Assembly: GCA_950097015.1 (NCBI GenBank)
Contig: CATNEN010000032.1
Span: 1,550,001-1,614,000 of the forward strand
Source of the DNA: Macrostomum hystrix
Taxonomy: Eukaryota > Animalia > Platyhelminthes
Reading direction: 5' to 3'
Length of the DNA stretch: 64,000 nt
This document shows, piece after piece, positions 48,486 to 60,039 of the stretch. Both the position numbers and the translations under genes were made by a program. The stretch's first letter is position 1. Every line of letters starts with the position of its first letter. A model generated the notes under the pieces. It made no database searches and had not been told where the DNA came from. It worked only from the letters and a program-made list of their open reading frames with translations.

Positions 48486-49655
48486 CACGGGAGAGATGAG
48501 ACACGGGAGAGATGAGGCACGGGAGAGATGAGGCACGGGAGAGATGAGACACGGGAGAGATGAGACACGGGAGAGATGAGACACTGGAGAGATGAGAACA
48601 CGGGAGAGATGATGAGAGAGAAAGAGTGTGAGATGAGACACGGGAGAGATGATGAGAGAGAAAGAGTGTGAGATGAGACACGGGAGAGATGAGACACGGG
48701 AGAGATGATGAGAGAGAAAGAGTGTGAGATGAGACACGGGAGAGATGAGACACGGGAGAGATGAGAACACGGGAGAGATGATGATAGAGAAAGAGTGTGA
48801 GATGAGACACGGGAGAGATGAGACACGGGAGAGATGATGAGAGAGAAAGAATGTGAGATGAGACACAGGAGAAATGAGACACGGGAGAGATGAGAACACG
48901 GGAGAGATGATGATAGAGAAAGAGTGTGAGATGAGACACGGGAGAGATGAGACACGGGAGAGATGATGAGAGAGAAAGAATGTGAGATGAGACACAGGAG
49001 AAATGAGACACGGGAGAGATGAGAACACGGGAGAGATGATGATAGAGAAAGAGTGTGAGATGAGACACGGGAGAGATGATGAGAGAGAAAGAGTGTGAGA
49101 TTAGACACGGGAGAGATGAGGCACGGGAGAGATGAGACACGGGAGAGATGAGGCACGGGAGAGATGAGACACGGGAGAGATGAGACACGGGAGAGATGAG
49201 ACACTGGAGAGATGAGAACACGGGAGAGATGATGAGAGAGAAAGAGTGTGAGATGAGACACGGGAGAGATGAGAACACGGGAGAGATGATGAGAGAGAAA
49301 GAGTGTGAGATGAGACACGGGAGAGATGAGACACGGGAGAGATGATGAGAGAGAAAGAGTGTGAGATGAGACACAGGAGAAATGAGACACGGGAGAGATG
49401 ATGAGAGAGAAAGAGTGTGAGATGAGACACTGGAGAGATGAGAACACGGGAGAGATGATGAGAGAGAAAGAGTGTGAGATGAGACACGGGAGAGATGAGA
49501 CACGGGAGAGATGATGAGAGAGAAAGAGTGTGAGATGAGACACGGGAGAGATGAGACACGGGAGAGATGATGAGAGAGAAAGAGTGTGAGATGAGACACG
49601 GGAGAGATGAGACACGGGAGAGATGATGAGAGAGAAAGAGTTTGAGATGAGACAT
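48486..49655 (+). repeat. Composite purine-rich minisatellite (GATGAGACACGGGAGA mixed with GATGATGAGAGAGAAAGAGTGTGA)
   Basis: Two interleaved unit types; + strand almost devoid of pyrimidine runs. Confidence 0.93.
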
Positions 49656-49867
49656 GAGAAAGTTGACACAGGGATGAAGCTTTTTAGGCCCTATGTGGTC
49701 CCCAGACGCGATTCGGCTGTGCAAATCATCAACGCAGAATTACAAGAGCTACAATTTGGCGCTTTGTTACTATGAGTAGCACTGAGAGATATTTTTAGTT
49801 AATAAAATGCCCAGGGGAGCAACTGCACGACACAGCTGGACAACTGAGAAATTTACGTATACGATAC

Positions 49868-51683
49868 TCTATGGGTTTGAGGTCGGTATGTGTTCGAGGC
49901 TCGAGGGATTTAAGTGAAATTTAAGTGAAACCGACCGAAAAACCCATAGAATAACATATTTAAACTACTTTAATTTTGCGGGATGTACGCGTATAAATCC
50001 CGGAGCCATGTCTAGCGATGTCTATGATAAAAGTACATGTATGTTATAAAATAGAAACTTGAGCGAAGAAGCGAAAGAAAAATTACGTCCTTTGAGGAAG
50101 AACAAATGGAAGAGCGAGCCTTAATAAATCCTTTAGTGCACTTTGCGGAAGGTTTCTGCGGCGATTATGACCCAAATTGTATCGCCGAGCGCGACTTGGA
50201 AGAGGTTCTGATTGAAGGTTTAGATTGTCGTGATCCATACTCTGTTCAAGCAGTGAGAGCTGTTCGTGAATGCGAGGCCCTAGATGCAGTGAAAGCTCTT
50301 AATGAGAGTACAAAGGCTGTAAACACCATCAAGCGTAACAAGTGGGCCGTCGGTGTTTTCACTCGTTGGCTTCACACTGCTAGGATTCCATGCACCGTGT
50401 CTGTTGATGAGTTGGACGACGTCTCCATCAACCAGTTGGTTCCACAGTTCATCCATGGAGCTGTGCGTCTAGATGGCTCTAAATACCCGCCGGGAACGCT
50501 AGTGTCACTTGTCTGCGGGTTGCAACAAACGATCTGTTCCGTTCGACACGTCGACTTTTTCCGAGGTGAGCAGTTTCGCCTTGTCAGGGAGAGTCTTGAC
50601 GCTGCTATGAAAATTTGTGCTAGAGAGGGAAGAGGTCTGGCGAGTAAGAGTGCGCGTGTGATCACTGACACCGACGAAGAGAAGCTATGGACCAATTTGC
50701 TGGGCAATGATACTCCGAAGAAGTTACTCAGGATACTTTTCTATCTAAATGGGTTACATTTTGCCCTTAGAGGAGGGAAGAAGCACAGCGCTATGACAAT
50801 CGACCAACTGTCAATTGAGATTAGAGACGAGAAACGTTGCTTGGTATACCGTGAAACCGTTTCAAAGACCAACGCTGGTGGGTTGGCCAGTCACACAAGA
50901 ATTAAACCAAAGGTGGTTGTCCACTTTGAGTCTACCAATTCAACTAGGTGGCATGTGAGCCTATTTGAAGAGTTTTTACTCAAGCGTCCAGCAGGAGCGA
51001 CCCGTTTCTATTTGCAACCGTTGGCCAAGCCCGGTGTTAAGTGGTTCGCAAATGGCTGTTGACAAAAACAAGCTATGCGGATTCATGAACGAAATGTGCA
51101 CCGAGGCAGGAATCATTGGACGAGTGACTAATCACAGCCTGCGTGCAACATGTGCCACCCGTTTGTACCAGGCAAACGTGGATGAACAGCTCATCATGGA
51201 GAGAACAGGACATCCAAGTCTAACTGCACTGCGATGCTACAAACGAACGTCTGATGTCCAAATCGAAAAATGCAGTGCAATTTTGGATGGAAAAAGTATA
51301 GAGACTGTCGTTCAGCATACGGGCCGAGGCCAGGTGATCAATTTCAACTTCAAGGACTGTAATGTAACCATCAACAATTAATTGGGGTAAATTTATTACA
51401 CTGGCATTAACTCTATATAGGAAGTCTTTACTTGAAGTGTATGCTATGTACTTTGTTAAAACTGTTTCAGCGCTCTTTTACATGTCTGTTTGATTGTTTG
51501 ATTGTTGTCTATGGCAAAAGTTGTTTGCCAGTTAAACTTGCAACAAGCCCGGAATATATCCGGGAAAGTGGTTTCTTAAATCCCGCAAAAAATAAAAATC
51601 TATGTTAATAACCTTCAAGAAAGTGACTTTAAAGTGGTTTAATGACAAGGTAAGCATTTCAATTAAGCTGCTATTCTATGGGT
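49868..51683 (+). mobile_element. Crypton-type tyrosine-recombinase DNA transposon; boundaries tentative
   Basis: DUF3504-like ORF plus repeated terminal motif TCTATGGGT and inverted TTTTGCGGGAT / ATCCCGCAAAA flanking it. Confidence 0.65.
50106..51381 (+). pseudogene. Tyrosine recombinase (Crypton / DUF3504, ZMYM-QRICH1-KCTD1-like) with one frameshift near 51050
   Basis: WAVGVFTRW, DGSKYPPGTL, LHFALRGG (catalytic R), NHSLRAT (HxxR), RTGH, RCYKR (catalytic Y); two overlapping ORFs join at WFAN/MAVDKNKL. Confidence 0.88.
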
Positions 51684-52670
51684 GAGAGACTTCTTTTAAA
51701 AAAGAAGGCGCGGACGAAAGTTGGTTCGACAGTTTCGTGCAACCTGCAGGCTCACTATTTAGTCGCTCAAACGTCTTCCGGTGTGTGAGGCGAGAGGATG
51801 AGAGAGCGAGAGGGCGGAAGCTTATGAGCACTTTCTTAAGGCAAAGGCTTAAGGCTAAACTTATTATTGAAGACTTTCTTCCTGTGAAAAATGAATCCGC
51901 ATGAAATTTAAATGAAGTCGCCAAACTTAAACTTTTCGTCCCTTTTGTGTCCAGCCAATCTGCTTCGATTTAAGAGTTTGTTGATACTATTATGTTCATG
52001 GTGAAACGCGTTTCACGCCCGCTAACTACAACACTAATATGGATAGGCTATCCTATTGATAGGATAGGACAGCCTATCAATATTGGTATATTATGCGTTT
52101 GCTAGGTAAGCAAATTACCAGTCAACTGCAAATCAAATGAGCAGCTCAAATAAATGCTTGTAACAATGGACTTACTGCCAAAAATTAAAGTACATTCGGC
52201 GATAAGTTGGATCAGGATCTGTTTCAACTTGTTTCAACTGCTTCGATAATTTCTTCATTGTCTATGGTCAAAGCTGCCTATGGGCTGTATAAATCAGGGA
52301 AGGGAAGATGACTAAACTGTTCATTTGACTTCTTGGAACTTTTGACACTCAAACTAACCATGGCCCAAGCGACCGTGCAACCAGCTATCCTCGTTCCAAG
52401 TCATGCGGTTTTACCATAGAACTCGCGGAAATCTCAAAAAAGTAACAGAAAATTTATTTTACTGAGGCGAAAATTATCAAAGAGCGTTTATTTCGGCGAA
52501 ATGAGAATCAGCGAGATGAGATTCGGCGAACTGCGACCTACACTTGCTAGATTAATCTTGATTATGAATTGTGCCATGAACACTCTATGAGCAACGGGCA
52601 CTCTTTGACATGAATCTGAGATGAGGCACGCGTCAACGACGAAGCTATGAGCTAATTCTGGCAAGGATTA

Positions 52671-53278
52671 CTATGACCCATTTGTGATGAGGATCAGACT
52701 ATGACCCATTTGTGACCAGGATCAGGCTATGACCCATTTGTGACCAGGATCAGACTATAACCCATTTGTGACCAGGATCAGGCTATGACCCATTTGTGAT
52801 GAGGATCAGACTATGACCCATTAGTGACCAGGATCAGGTTATGACCCATTTGTGACCAGGATCAGACTATGACCCATTTGTGATGAGGATCAGACTATGA
52901 CCCATTAGTGACCAGGATCAGGTTATGACCCATTTGTGACCAGGATCAGACTATGACCCATTTGTGATGAGGATCAGACTATGACCCATTAGTGACCAGG
53001 ATCAGGTTATGACCCATTTGTGACCAGGATCAGGTTATGACCCATTTGTGACCAGGATCAGACTATGACCCATTTGTGATGAGGATCAGACTATGACCCA
53101 TTAGTGACCAGGATCAGGTTATGACCCATTTGTGACCAGGATCAGACTATGACCCATTTGTGATGAGGATCAGACTATGACCCATTAGTGACCAGGATCA
53201 GGCTATGACCCATTTTTAACAAGGATCAAGCTATGACCCATTTGTGAAAACGATCAGGCTATGACCAAATTGTGACAA
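52671..53278 (+). repeat. 28-bp minisatellite (ATGACCCATTTGTGACCAGGATCAGACT), about 21 units, 3-mer substructure
   Basis: Tandem units with cycling variants. Confidence 0.95.
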
Positions 53279-53988
53279 AGATTCATTACCGAAATGGATT
53301 TCACAAGGATATCATGAAGTTTCTTATGAAGGACTTTCATGATCATATTTATTTTAGGGCATGTAAAGCATTATCCACCTAGTTAAATTTAATGTAAAGC
53401 ATTTGAATCCACCTGCTTATTAGCACAAGCATGGGTGAAAAATTGTTTAGCCCCCACAAAACTCTATTGAGAGCCGAATGGCAGCGTTACAACCAACCAA
53501 TTAAGATTCTATTCTTTTCTATTCTATTTAACTTATAAAAACTGTATGACGGAGCAGTGAAAGCAGTGTTTCACTTTTCTATTTTCTGAGACGCAATATT
53601 GACACGCTGTGGGCTGTCTGCTGTGTTGCCGGGCAAGCCTATATATTTTTCCTGCCGCTGCTTCACCCTGCCCCCTCTTTCTGAAAGAGGAAGTTGGTGG
53701 GCCGGCCTGTGTGTTGCCAAGGATCTTTCTCTGAAACAAGCCCCGTGTTTGTACACCGGAGTAAACAGTCTCAGGTTTGAGTCGGAGCCGTTTGTAAATT
53801 GACAACGCATTGCTTTCTGCAAGTGCGCCACTGGAATCATTTTCAGAGTGCTTTTTAATATTTAGCGACTGCATTCCTGAACACGGCACGTCAGTTTTTC
53901 AAGACGACAGTACAGTCTGATCTACATGTAAAAACTGACCTACGATTTACAATCAGACCTCTTATGATGATAAGAGATTCTATAAGAG

Positions 53989-54365
53989 TGACCTTGACTA
54001 TAAGAGGGTGACCTTGACTATAAGAGGGTGACCTTGACTATAAGAGGGTGACCTTGACTATAAGAGGGTGACCTTGACTATAAGAGGGTGACCTTGACTA
54101 TAAGAGGGTGACCTTGACTATAAGAGGGTGACCTTGAGTATAAGAGGGTGACCTTGACTATAAGATGGTGACCTTGAGTATAAGAGGGTGACCTTGACTA
54201 TAAGAGGGTGACCTTGACTATAAGAGGGTGACCTTGAGTATAAGAGGGTGACCTTGACTATAAGAGGGTGACCTTGAGTATAAGAGGTTGACCTTGACTA
54301 TAAGAGGGTGACCTTGACTATAAGAGGGTGACCTTGACTATAAGAGGGTGACCTTAACTATAAGA
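53989..54365 (+). repeat. 20-bp minisatellite (GTGACCTTGACTATAAGAGG), about 19 units
   Basis: Tandem units. Confidence 0.95.
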
Positions 54366-54994
54366 GTGCCGTTGACCTTGACATTAAGAGTGACTCCAGA
54401 AAATACTGACTTAGATGCTGTTGTCTCAAAATTTGCAAACACAAAAGTGCATCATGACTGAGAGACTCCACTCGTCAGTCAGAAAATTGATGAGGCTTAA
54501 GAAAATCAGGAGACGGATAGCGATCAGATCCCATCCATAATCTAATCCAGCTTTGAGTAGCGCCCAATTCCTCAGCGAAGACAGGGGGGAGGGCAGAAAT
54601 GAAAATGAGATCAATTGTATTCGTTTGGTACAATGCAGCAGTTGCTAGGTCTACTTTGACCGCAGGTTGCGCTGGTACAGGTTGGCTTCCGAGCCTAATC
54701 AAGTGTGCGATGGTGGGACACACGAGTAACTACCTTAAAGGGAATCTTCAGCTCCCGAGAGAGAGACGAGGAGAAATAGAGAAACTGCATAGTGGAGTGA
54801 CGGCTAAATTGTATTCTCAAGCCAGTTCTGCTTGCGTAGTCAGCTGAGTAATCCCATTTTCCTGTCGCTTCCTGACACTGGGAACTTCCACCTCAGCGTC
54901 GTCTTGTTCATGTCCCACTGTTTCCGGGTCTATTTTAGAATCCTTTTTATCAATTTTTTCTTTTTATCAATTAATACAACTGGATGACTCCTAT

Positions 54995-55341
54995 TGATTA
55001 AGGAATACAATGGATTGCTAATCTATGCTTATGAATTAAGGAATTGAATGGATTGCTAATCTATGCTTATGAATTTAGGAATGAATGGATTGCTAATCTA
55101 TGCTTATGAATTAAGGAATTGAATGGATTGCTAATCTATTCCAATGGATTAAAGAATAGAATGGATTGCTAATCTATTCCAATGGATTAAGGAATAGAAT
55201 GGATTGCTAATCCATTCCAATGGATTAAGGAATAGAATGGATTGCTAATCTATTCCAATGGATTAAGGAATAGAATGGATTGCTAATCTATTCCAATGGA
55301 TTAAGGAATAGAATGGATTGCTAATCTATTCCAATGGATTA
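54995..55341 (+). repeat. 38-bp minisatellite (AATGGATTGCTAATCTATTCCAATGGATTAAGGAATAG), about 9 units
   Basis: Tandem units. Confidence 0.9.
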
Positions 55342-55747
55342 AGGAATAGAATGGATTGCTAGTTAAACAAATCACACAGTAGATCCTTAACTCGGGGTAT
55401 GCTGTTCAGATTGCTTCTTTTAAAATGCAATATAGCATGTACAAGGCATTGCATTGATTAGTAAGTAAAGTTGATGAAGCCGGAGCAGAATCACAAAATG
55501 ATTGATTGATCAGTCAGGCCTTCTTGAATTCAGCAGGGCAGGAAGTCGCAGGGGTTCCCTAGTCGGCTAATCAGGATTGCTTTCCTTCAAAGAACCGCTT
55601 AGAAGTGTTGTAAGACCTTTAAATCCTGTTACAAAAAAACAAGTTTTGAGTGTTCTTGCCGTAAATAAAATTTAATGAAGTTGGCTAGACCAAAAAATTG
55701 CTATATAAGTATAGAAAACAAATTTATTGTTACGAGATTAGCTACTT

Positions 55748-55863
55748 AGTCAGTCAGTCAGTCAGTCAGTCAGTCAGTCAGTCAGTCAGTCAGTCAGTCA
55801 GTCAGTCAGTCAGTCAGTCAGTCAGTCAGTCAGTCAGTCAGTCAGTCAGTCAGTCAGTCAGTC
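55748..55863 (+). repeat. (GTCA)n microsatellite, about 29 units, overlapping the GPCR stop codon
   Basis: Directly visible. Confidence 0.97.
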
Positions 55864-56217
55864 CGCACAGTTCAGTTGCAGAGGCTGCATTTCAAAGTGC
55901 TCTTGTGTGCAGCATTGGGTTCTGTGCCTCTGCGAAACAATCAGCGGCCGTCGTTGCTGACGCCCGCGCAGTCGCCAGCAGCAGAGAAGTTCGCCTAGTC
56001 CGTCGCGAAATTTCTTGCCAATGACGCAGTAGAGAACGAAATTCAAGCAGGAATTGATGAGAACTAGAAAGTTGGTGGCCACAATGGCCAGCTGGGCTGA
56101 CTGCCACTCGCCGAGGGCGGAACTGCCAAGCACATCCACGGCAGTCAGAATCACATTCGGCAGCATGAATAGGTAGAAACTGATCACTATGGCCAACGAC
56201 ACGTATGTGAGTTGCAC
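55858..56217 (-). CDS. Rhodopsin-family peptide GPCR (FMRFamide-receptor-like), exon 2 (TM6-TM7, C-tail)
   Basis: VQLTYVSLAIVISFYLFMLPNVI...NSCLNFVLYCVIGKKFR; acceptor AATCAG at 56218, phase 0. Confidence 0.88.
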   Translation of the reverse strand: MQLTYVSLAIVISFYLFMLPNVILTAVDVLGSSALGEWQSAQLAIVATNFLVLINSCLNFVLYCVIGKKFRDGLGELLCCWRLRGRQQRRPLIVSQRHRTQCCTQEHFEMQPLQLNCAD

Positions 56218-56246
56218 CTGATTGATTGTAATTAAGAATGACCGTG

Positions 56247-56468
56247 AGTGGCAGGGCTGTGTAACGCGTTTGCCTCTCGCGCCAAGGTCCCTGAGCTCGA
56301 TTCCGCGGCGAGGCCACATTTATTTGAGGCACAGCCGCAGGGAGAAGGCTTGGGGGCTTGTCGTGCAATTTACGACATAGAGGGCCAACCTCCAAGGCAC
56401 TGTGAAAGAATGCCTTGACGATGAAGAAGTCAGGGCAGATGTACACACCTGTGTGCGTGTGTGCTCAT
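56247..56468 (+). mobile_element. tRNA-derived SINE copy 3 (3-prime truncated), in GPCR intron
   Basis: GTGGCAGGGC...GCTCGATTCC and shared body. Confidence 0.8.
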
Positions 56469-56475
56469 TATCATT

Positions 56476-56645
56476 TGGTGACAGTAGACCCGCAGCCAGC
56501 GAGGAGGCAATTCTGCCCATTCATCTGATTCCTGAGCACACACGCATACACTCACACAGGGCCTTCAAAGGGGCGTAAATTGCACAAGCCCCCAAGCCTT
56601 CTCTCCTTGCCTACGGATTCGAACTCAGGAGGTTTGGCGCGAGAG
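56476..56645 (-). mobile_element. tRNA-derived SINE copy 4 (internally deleted), inverted and abutting copy 3
   Basis: GTGACAGTAGACCCGCAGCCAGCGAGG and CGTAAATTGCACAAGCCCCC are reverse complements of the SINE body. Confidence 0.7.
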
Positions 56646-57411
56646 TCACTTCTGTACCCGTAAATTGTACTTTAAAATTACACTTTTGAATGCATTCAAA
56701 CTGAATCGAAATTCCAATGAAACATGTGGAAAAAAATGAGTTCTGTTTCTGTTTGGTCTCTCATTTTACCTATATGAGCAAACAACAGGGCGGGGAAAGT
56801 ATTTGAGACTATAGTAACACTGTATGATCTGGCTGGTATTGTACGAACCAGAGCTAGTGCTACTATGAGGGCAGGTCATGTCTCCTGGTCCTCTGACTGT
56901 ATGCAGCCACAGTTTGATTAGAAAACTAATTCCGTGAAAATGCAGAGCGAATTTATAATTTCACTCTCTCTCTCTCTCGCTAATACCTCGTATTTTATGC
57001 AGTCTATGGACTATTTGATCTTGAGATTAACTCAGGGATTAACTCATGGTGCTACTGGAGGCGGATCTGTCACGGCAGTTGAGCTGTTCTCACTCTCTAA
57101 CCCTTCTTAAGTATCTTTCTCCTAACTTGGCGAAAAGTTGTGGAGTGAAAATTTTCTTTATTTAAAAACTGTCTTTGTTAAAAATTTTAACCAAACGATC
57201 GATTTCTTTCGTTTCTTTCGGTTTTCAGATGAGAGAATGCGCACGAAGTTGCAGCCCTTATGAATACTGGACTTGTCTTGAAGGATACCGAATTTTCCTG
57301 GCAAATCTAAGCCAACATTCGCGAGCAGTCAACATTCAAAAGCACTTCTAGTGAAATTTAGGTTTGGTAAAATGAATCTAATTTCTAACTTTACAACTGA
57401 CCCTACAACCC

Positions 57412-57778
57412 TGCTTCACCTGCAACCAGCCCTGCTTAACCTGCAACCAGCCCTGTATCTCCTGCAACCAGCCCTGCTTCACCTGCAACCAGCCCTGCTT
57501 CACCTGCAACCAGCACTGCATCTCCTGCAACCAGCCCTGCATCTCCTGCAACCAGCCCTGCATCTCCTGCAACCAGCCCTGCATCACCTACTACCAGCCC
57601 TGCATCACCTACTACCAGCCCTGCATCTCCTGCAACCAGCCCTGCATCACCTACTACCAGCTCTGCATCTCCAGCAACCAGCCCTGCATCTCCTACTACC
57701 AGCCCTGCATCACCTGCAACCAGCCCTGCATCTCCTGCAACCAGCCCTGCATCTCCTGCAACCAGCCCTGCATCTCTG
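57412..57778 (+). repeat. 21-bp minisatellite (CCTGCATCTCCTGCAACCAGC), about 17 units, at the 5-prime end of the GPCR intron
   Basis: Tandem units beginning about 6 nt after the minus-strand donor at 57784. Confidence 0.95.
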
Positions 57779-57784
57779 ACAAAC

Positions 57785-58801
57785 CTCTTTCTCCTGATTT
57801 CTGCCCGCACTTCGCCAAGCTTTGATGTTCCGTCGCAGGCATACGGCGATGCGAATATTCGTGGCTGTTATAGCAGCCACTGGCACCACGAAATACACAA
57901 CTGTGTACATGACTCCTGTGTACACAATTTCGTACATTCCGGTTGTTGTGCCGTTGCCAGGCCTCAGCCACGGCGCTGCCTCGAAGGTGTACTTGTACGG
58001 CTCGCATTGGCCCGAGCCTGCAGTCTCGTTAGTCGAATGATAGCAGCCGAACAGGCTGAGGGATTTCTGCAGGATTCGGCGCTGCTGCGCGTCAGATTTC
58101 AGCTCGCTGCCCACTGGCCTTGTAACAACCACCAGCTCGAAGTACTTGGGCGCGTTGTAGATGGCGCTGAATAGGATCACCAGGCCGATGTTGCGCAGCA
58201 CTGATCGACACGATGGTGGCTCGTCGTTGACGCCCCTGATGACGGCCAGTGGCCGACAGACCGCATTGTAGCGCTCGAAGGACACCAACAATGTGATGTA
58301 GATCGAAGCCATTTGCATTGTGAAGCACACCGGCATCACGTATTTGACAGTGTAGCCGCGGGTCAGGTAGAGATAGTACAGCCAGCGACTGCCTACCTGG
58401 TGGTATTCGTAGAAAACTCCCAGCACATTGATGAGGAAGTTGGCCAGTATGAAAACTGCGTCCACCAGGCACAGGGCTGACAGAATGCTGAACAGCGGAC
58501 ACCGGCGCTGTCGGCTAGCTCTCTGGAGGACGATGAAGGACAGGGCGTTGCCGATGATGCCAAGGATTGACACTAGCCCGGTCAGGTAGAACGCCATGAC
58601 GCTGGTGGCAAGCTGGAAGCCATTCTGATTATCCATGTCGGCAGTAGGAGAGGCGGTCGTGGACAGGACAGTCGAATTGTCGACAATGTTGTTGATCTTG
58701 CCGATGGTCGCTGACTGGACAATCACAGCAGGCGACGACATAGAGATGCGAGACTCTGCTGGCAACAATGTCCGATGTGAGAGTGAGTCACTGTGAGTCA
58801 T
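57785..58801 (-). CDS. Rhodopsin-family peptide GPCR (FMRFamide-receptor-like), exon 1 (TM1-TM5)
   Basis: [46 protein letters not shown]; donor GAG|GTTTGT at 57784; start could be 58801 or 58741. Confidence 0.9.
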
Positions 58802-59196
58802 TGTGAGTCACTGTGAGGTAACCAAGCGATTTCTAAGACTCTTACCTGGCTAAGTTTGTGGATGTAGAGTTACTGAAGACTTTTAGCTTTTGTGAACTTT
58901 TTAACAGAATTTTTTTTCTCTTGTTGGCCTCTTGAGCATAGTTCACTAATATATCCCTTATGCGTGAGGATTTGAAAATTCTAGCGCGCCTGTCATTGGC
59001 TGACAGATCTCAGTTCCCCCAGCTCAGTGGCGTTAGCATTGGCTTCCCTATAGGATTTTCTCTGGGTATCGGTCACGCTTATCCTTCAAAGAATCATTTC
59101 GTCCACAAATTGCTGCAGATTGAACAACAAGATTTTTTACTAAATAACGATGGACAAACAGACGGACAATTGTAAAATACAATAAAATTGTGTCCT

Positions 59197-59480
59197 TGGG
59201 GGTCAGTGGCAGAGCGGTCTAACGCGTTTTCCTCTCGCACCAAGGTCCCTCAGCTCGATTCCGCGGCGAGGCCACATTCATTTGGGGGCTTGTCGTGCAA
59301 TTTACGCCCTTGAGGGCCAGCCTCCAAGGCACAGTGAGAGTGTACACTGCCTGACGATGAGAAAGTCAGGGCAAATGTACGCACCTGTGTGAGCATACAG
59401 TATCTGTGTGCGTGTGTGCTCAGGAAGCAGCCTACTCGCTGGCTGCGGGTCTAGTGTCACCACATCATGTGCCATTACCC
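59197..59480 (+). mobile_element. tRNA-derived SINE copy 5 (best-preserved head)
   Basis: A box TGGCAGAGCGG followed by TCTAACGCG (tRNA-Leu/Ser-like), B-box-like GCTCGATTCC. Confidence 0.85.
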
Positions 59481-60039
59481 GCAGAAAATGTGTAATGTAA
59501 TGGTGTAACTGATTAGGTTTAACTCATATATGTTTATTATTATTGTGCAGAAGTAAATTATTCTCAATATATTATTTATCCTGGAATGAGACGCAATCAA
59601 GAAAGTCATCTATCCATTCCACGCCTAATAAACGCCTACGAGTATTAGTAATGCGAGCTGTAATGATGACGAGAGATGTAATCAGGCGAGCAATCTGATT
59701 CCCTGACTGCAGAGTACAGTCGCAGAGCTCAAAGCTTTATCGAGCACTTACTCAACAGCTTTATAGGCCCTGTTCGATGGAGCATAAACAAATGGGCCAG
59801 AAAAACAACAACAACTCAACTCGAGGAGCTGCAGGTGTTTTTTGACAGACTTGAGCTGTCAGGGGTTGAGCTGTGGGTCCAGCGCATAGTGATAAGAAGA
59901 GCTGGGCTTGATCCTTCTCAAAGAGAAATCCTGGCATTGAAATGGCAGTGACGCGAGTTCAAGTACCAAATCGTTCCAGGTGATATTTTTTAGACTGCAC
60001 CTGCTAAAAATTTGTTGCTAATAACAACAACAGTATCTT

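Noticed and set aside
48421-49724. Long Ser/Leu/His-rich minus-strand ORFs
   Set aside because: Translations of a purine-rich repeat
53533-53889. ORF ending CQYC...CFHC (zinc-finger-like)
   Set aside because: No other supporting homology or splice logic
57351-57810. GPCR ORF extension CRRCRAG and repeat ORFs
   Set aside because: Read-through past the donor into an intronic 21-bp array
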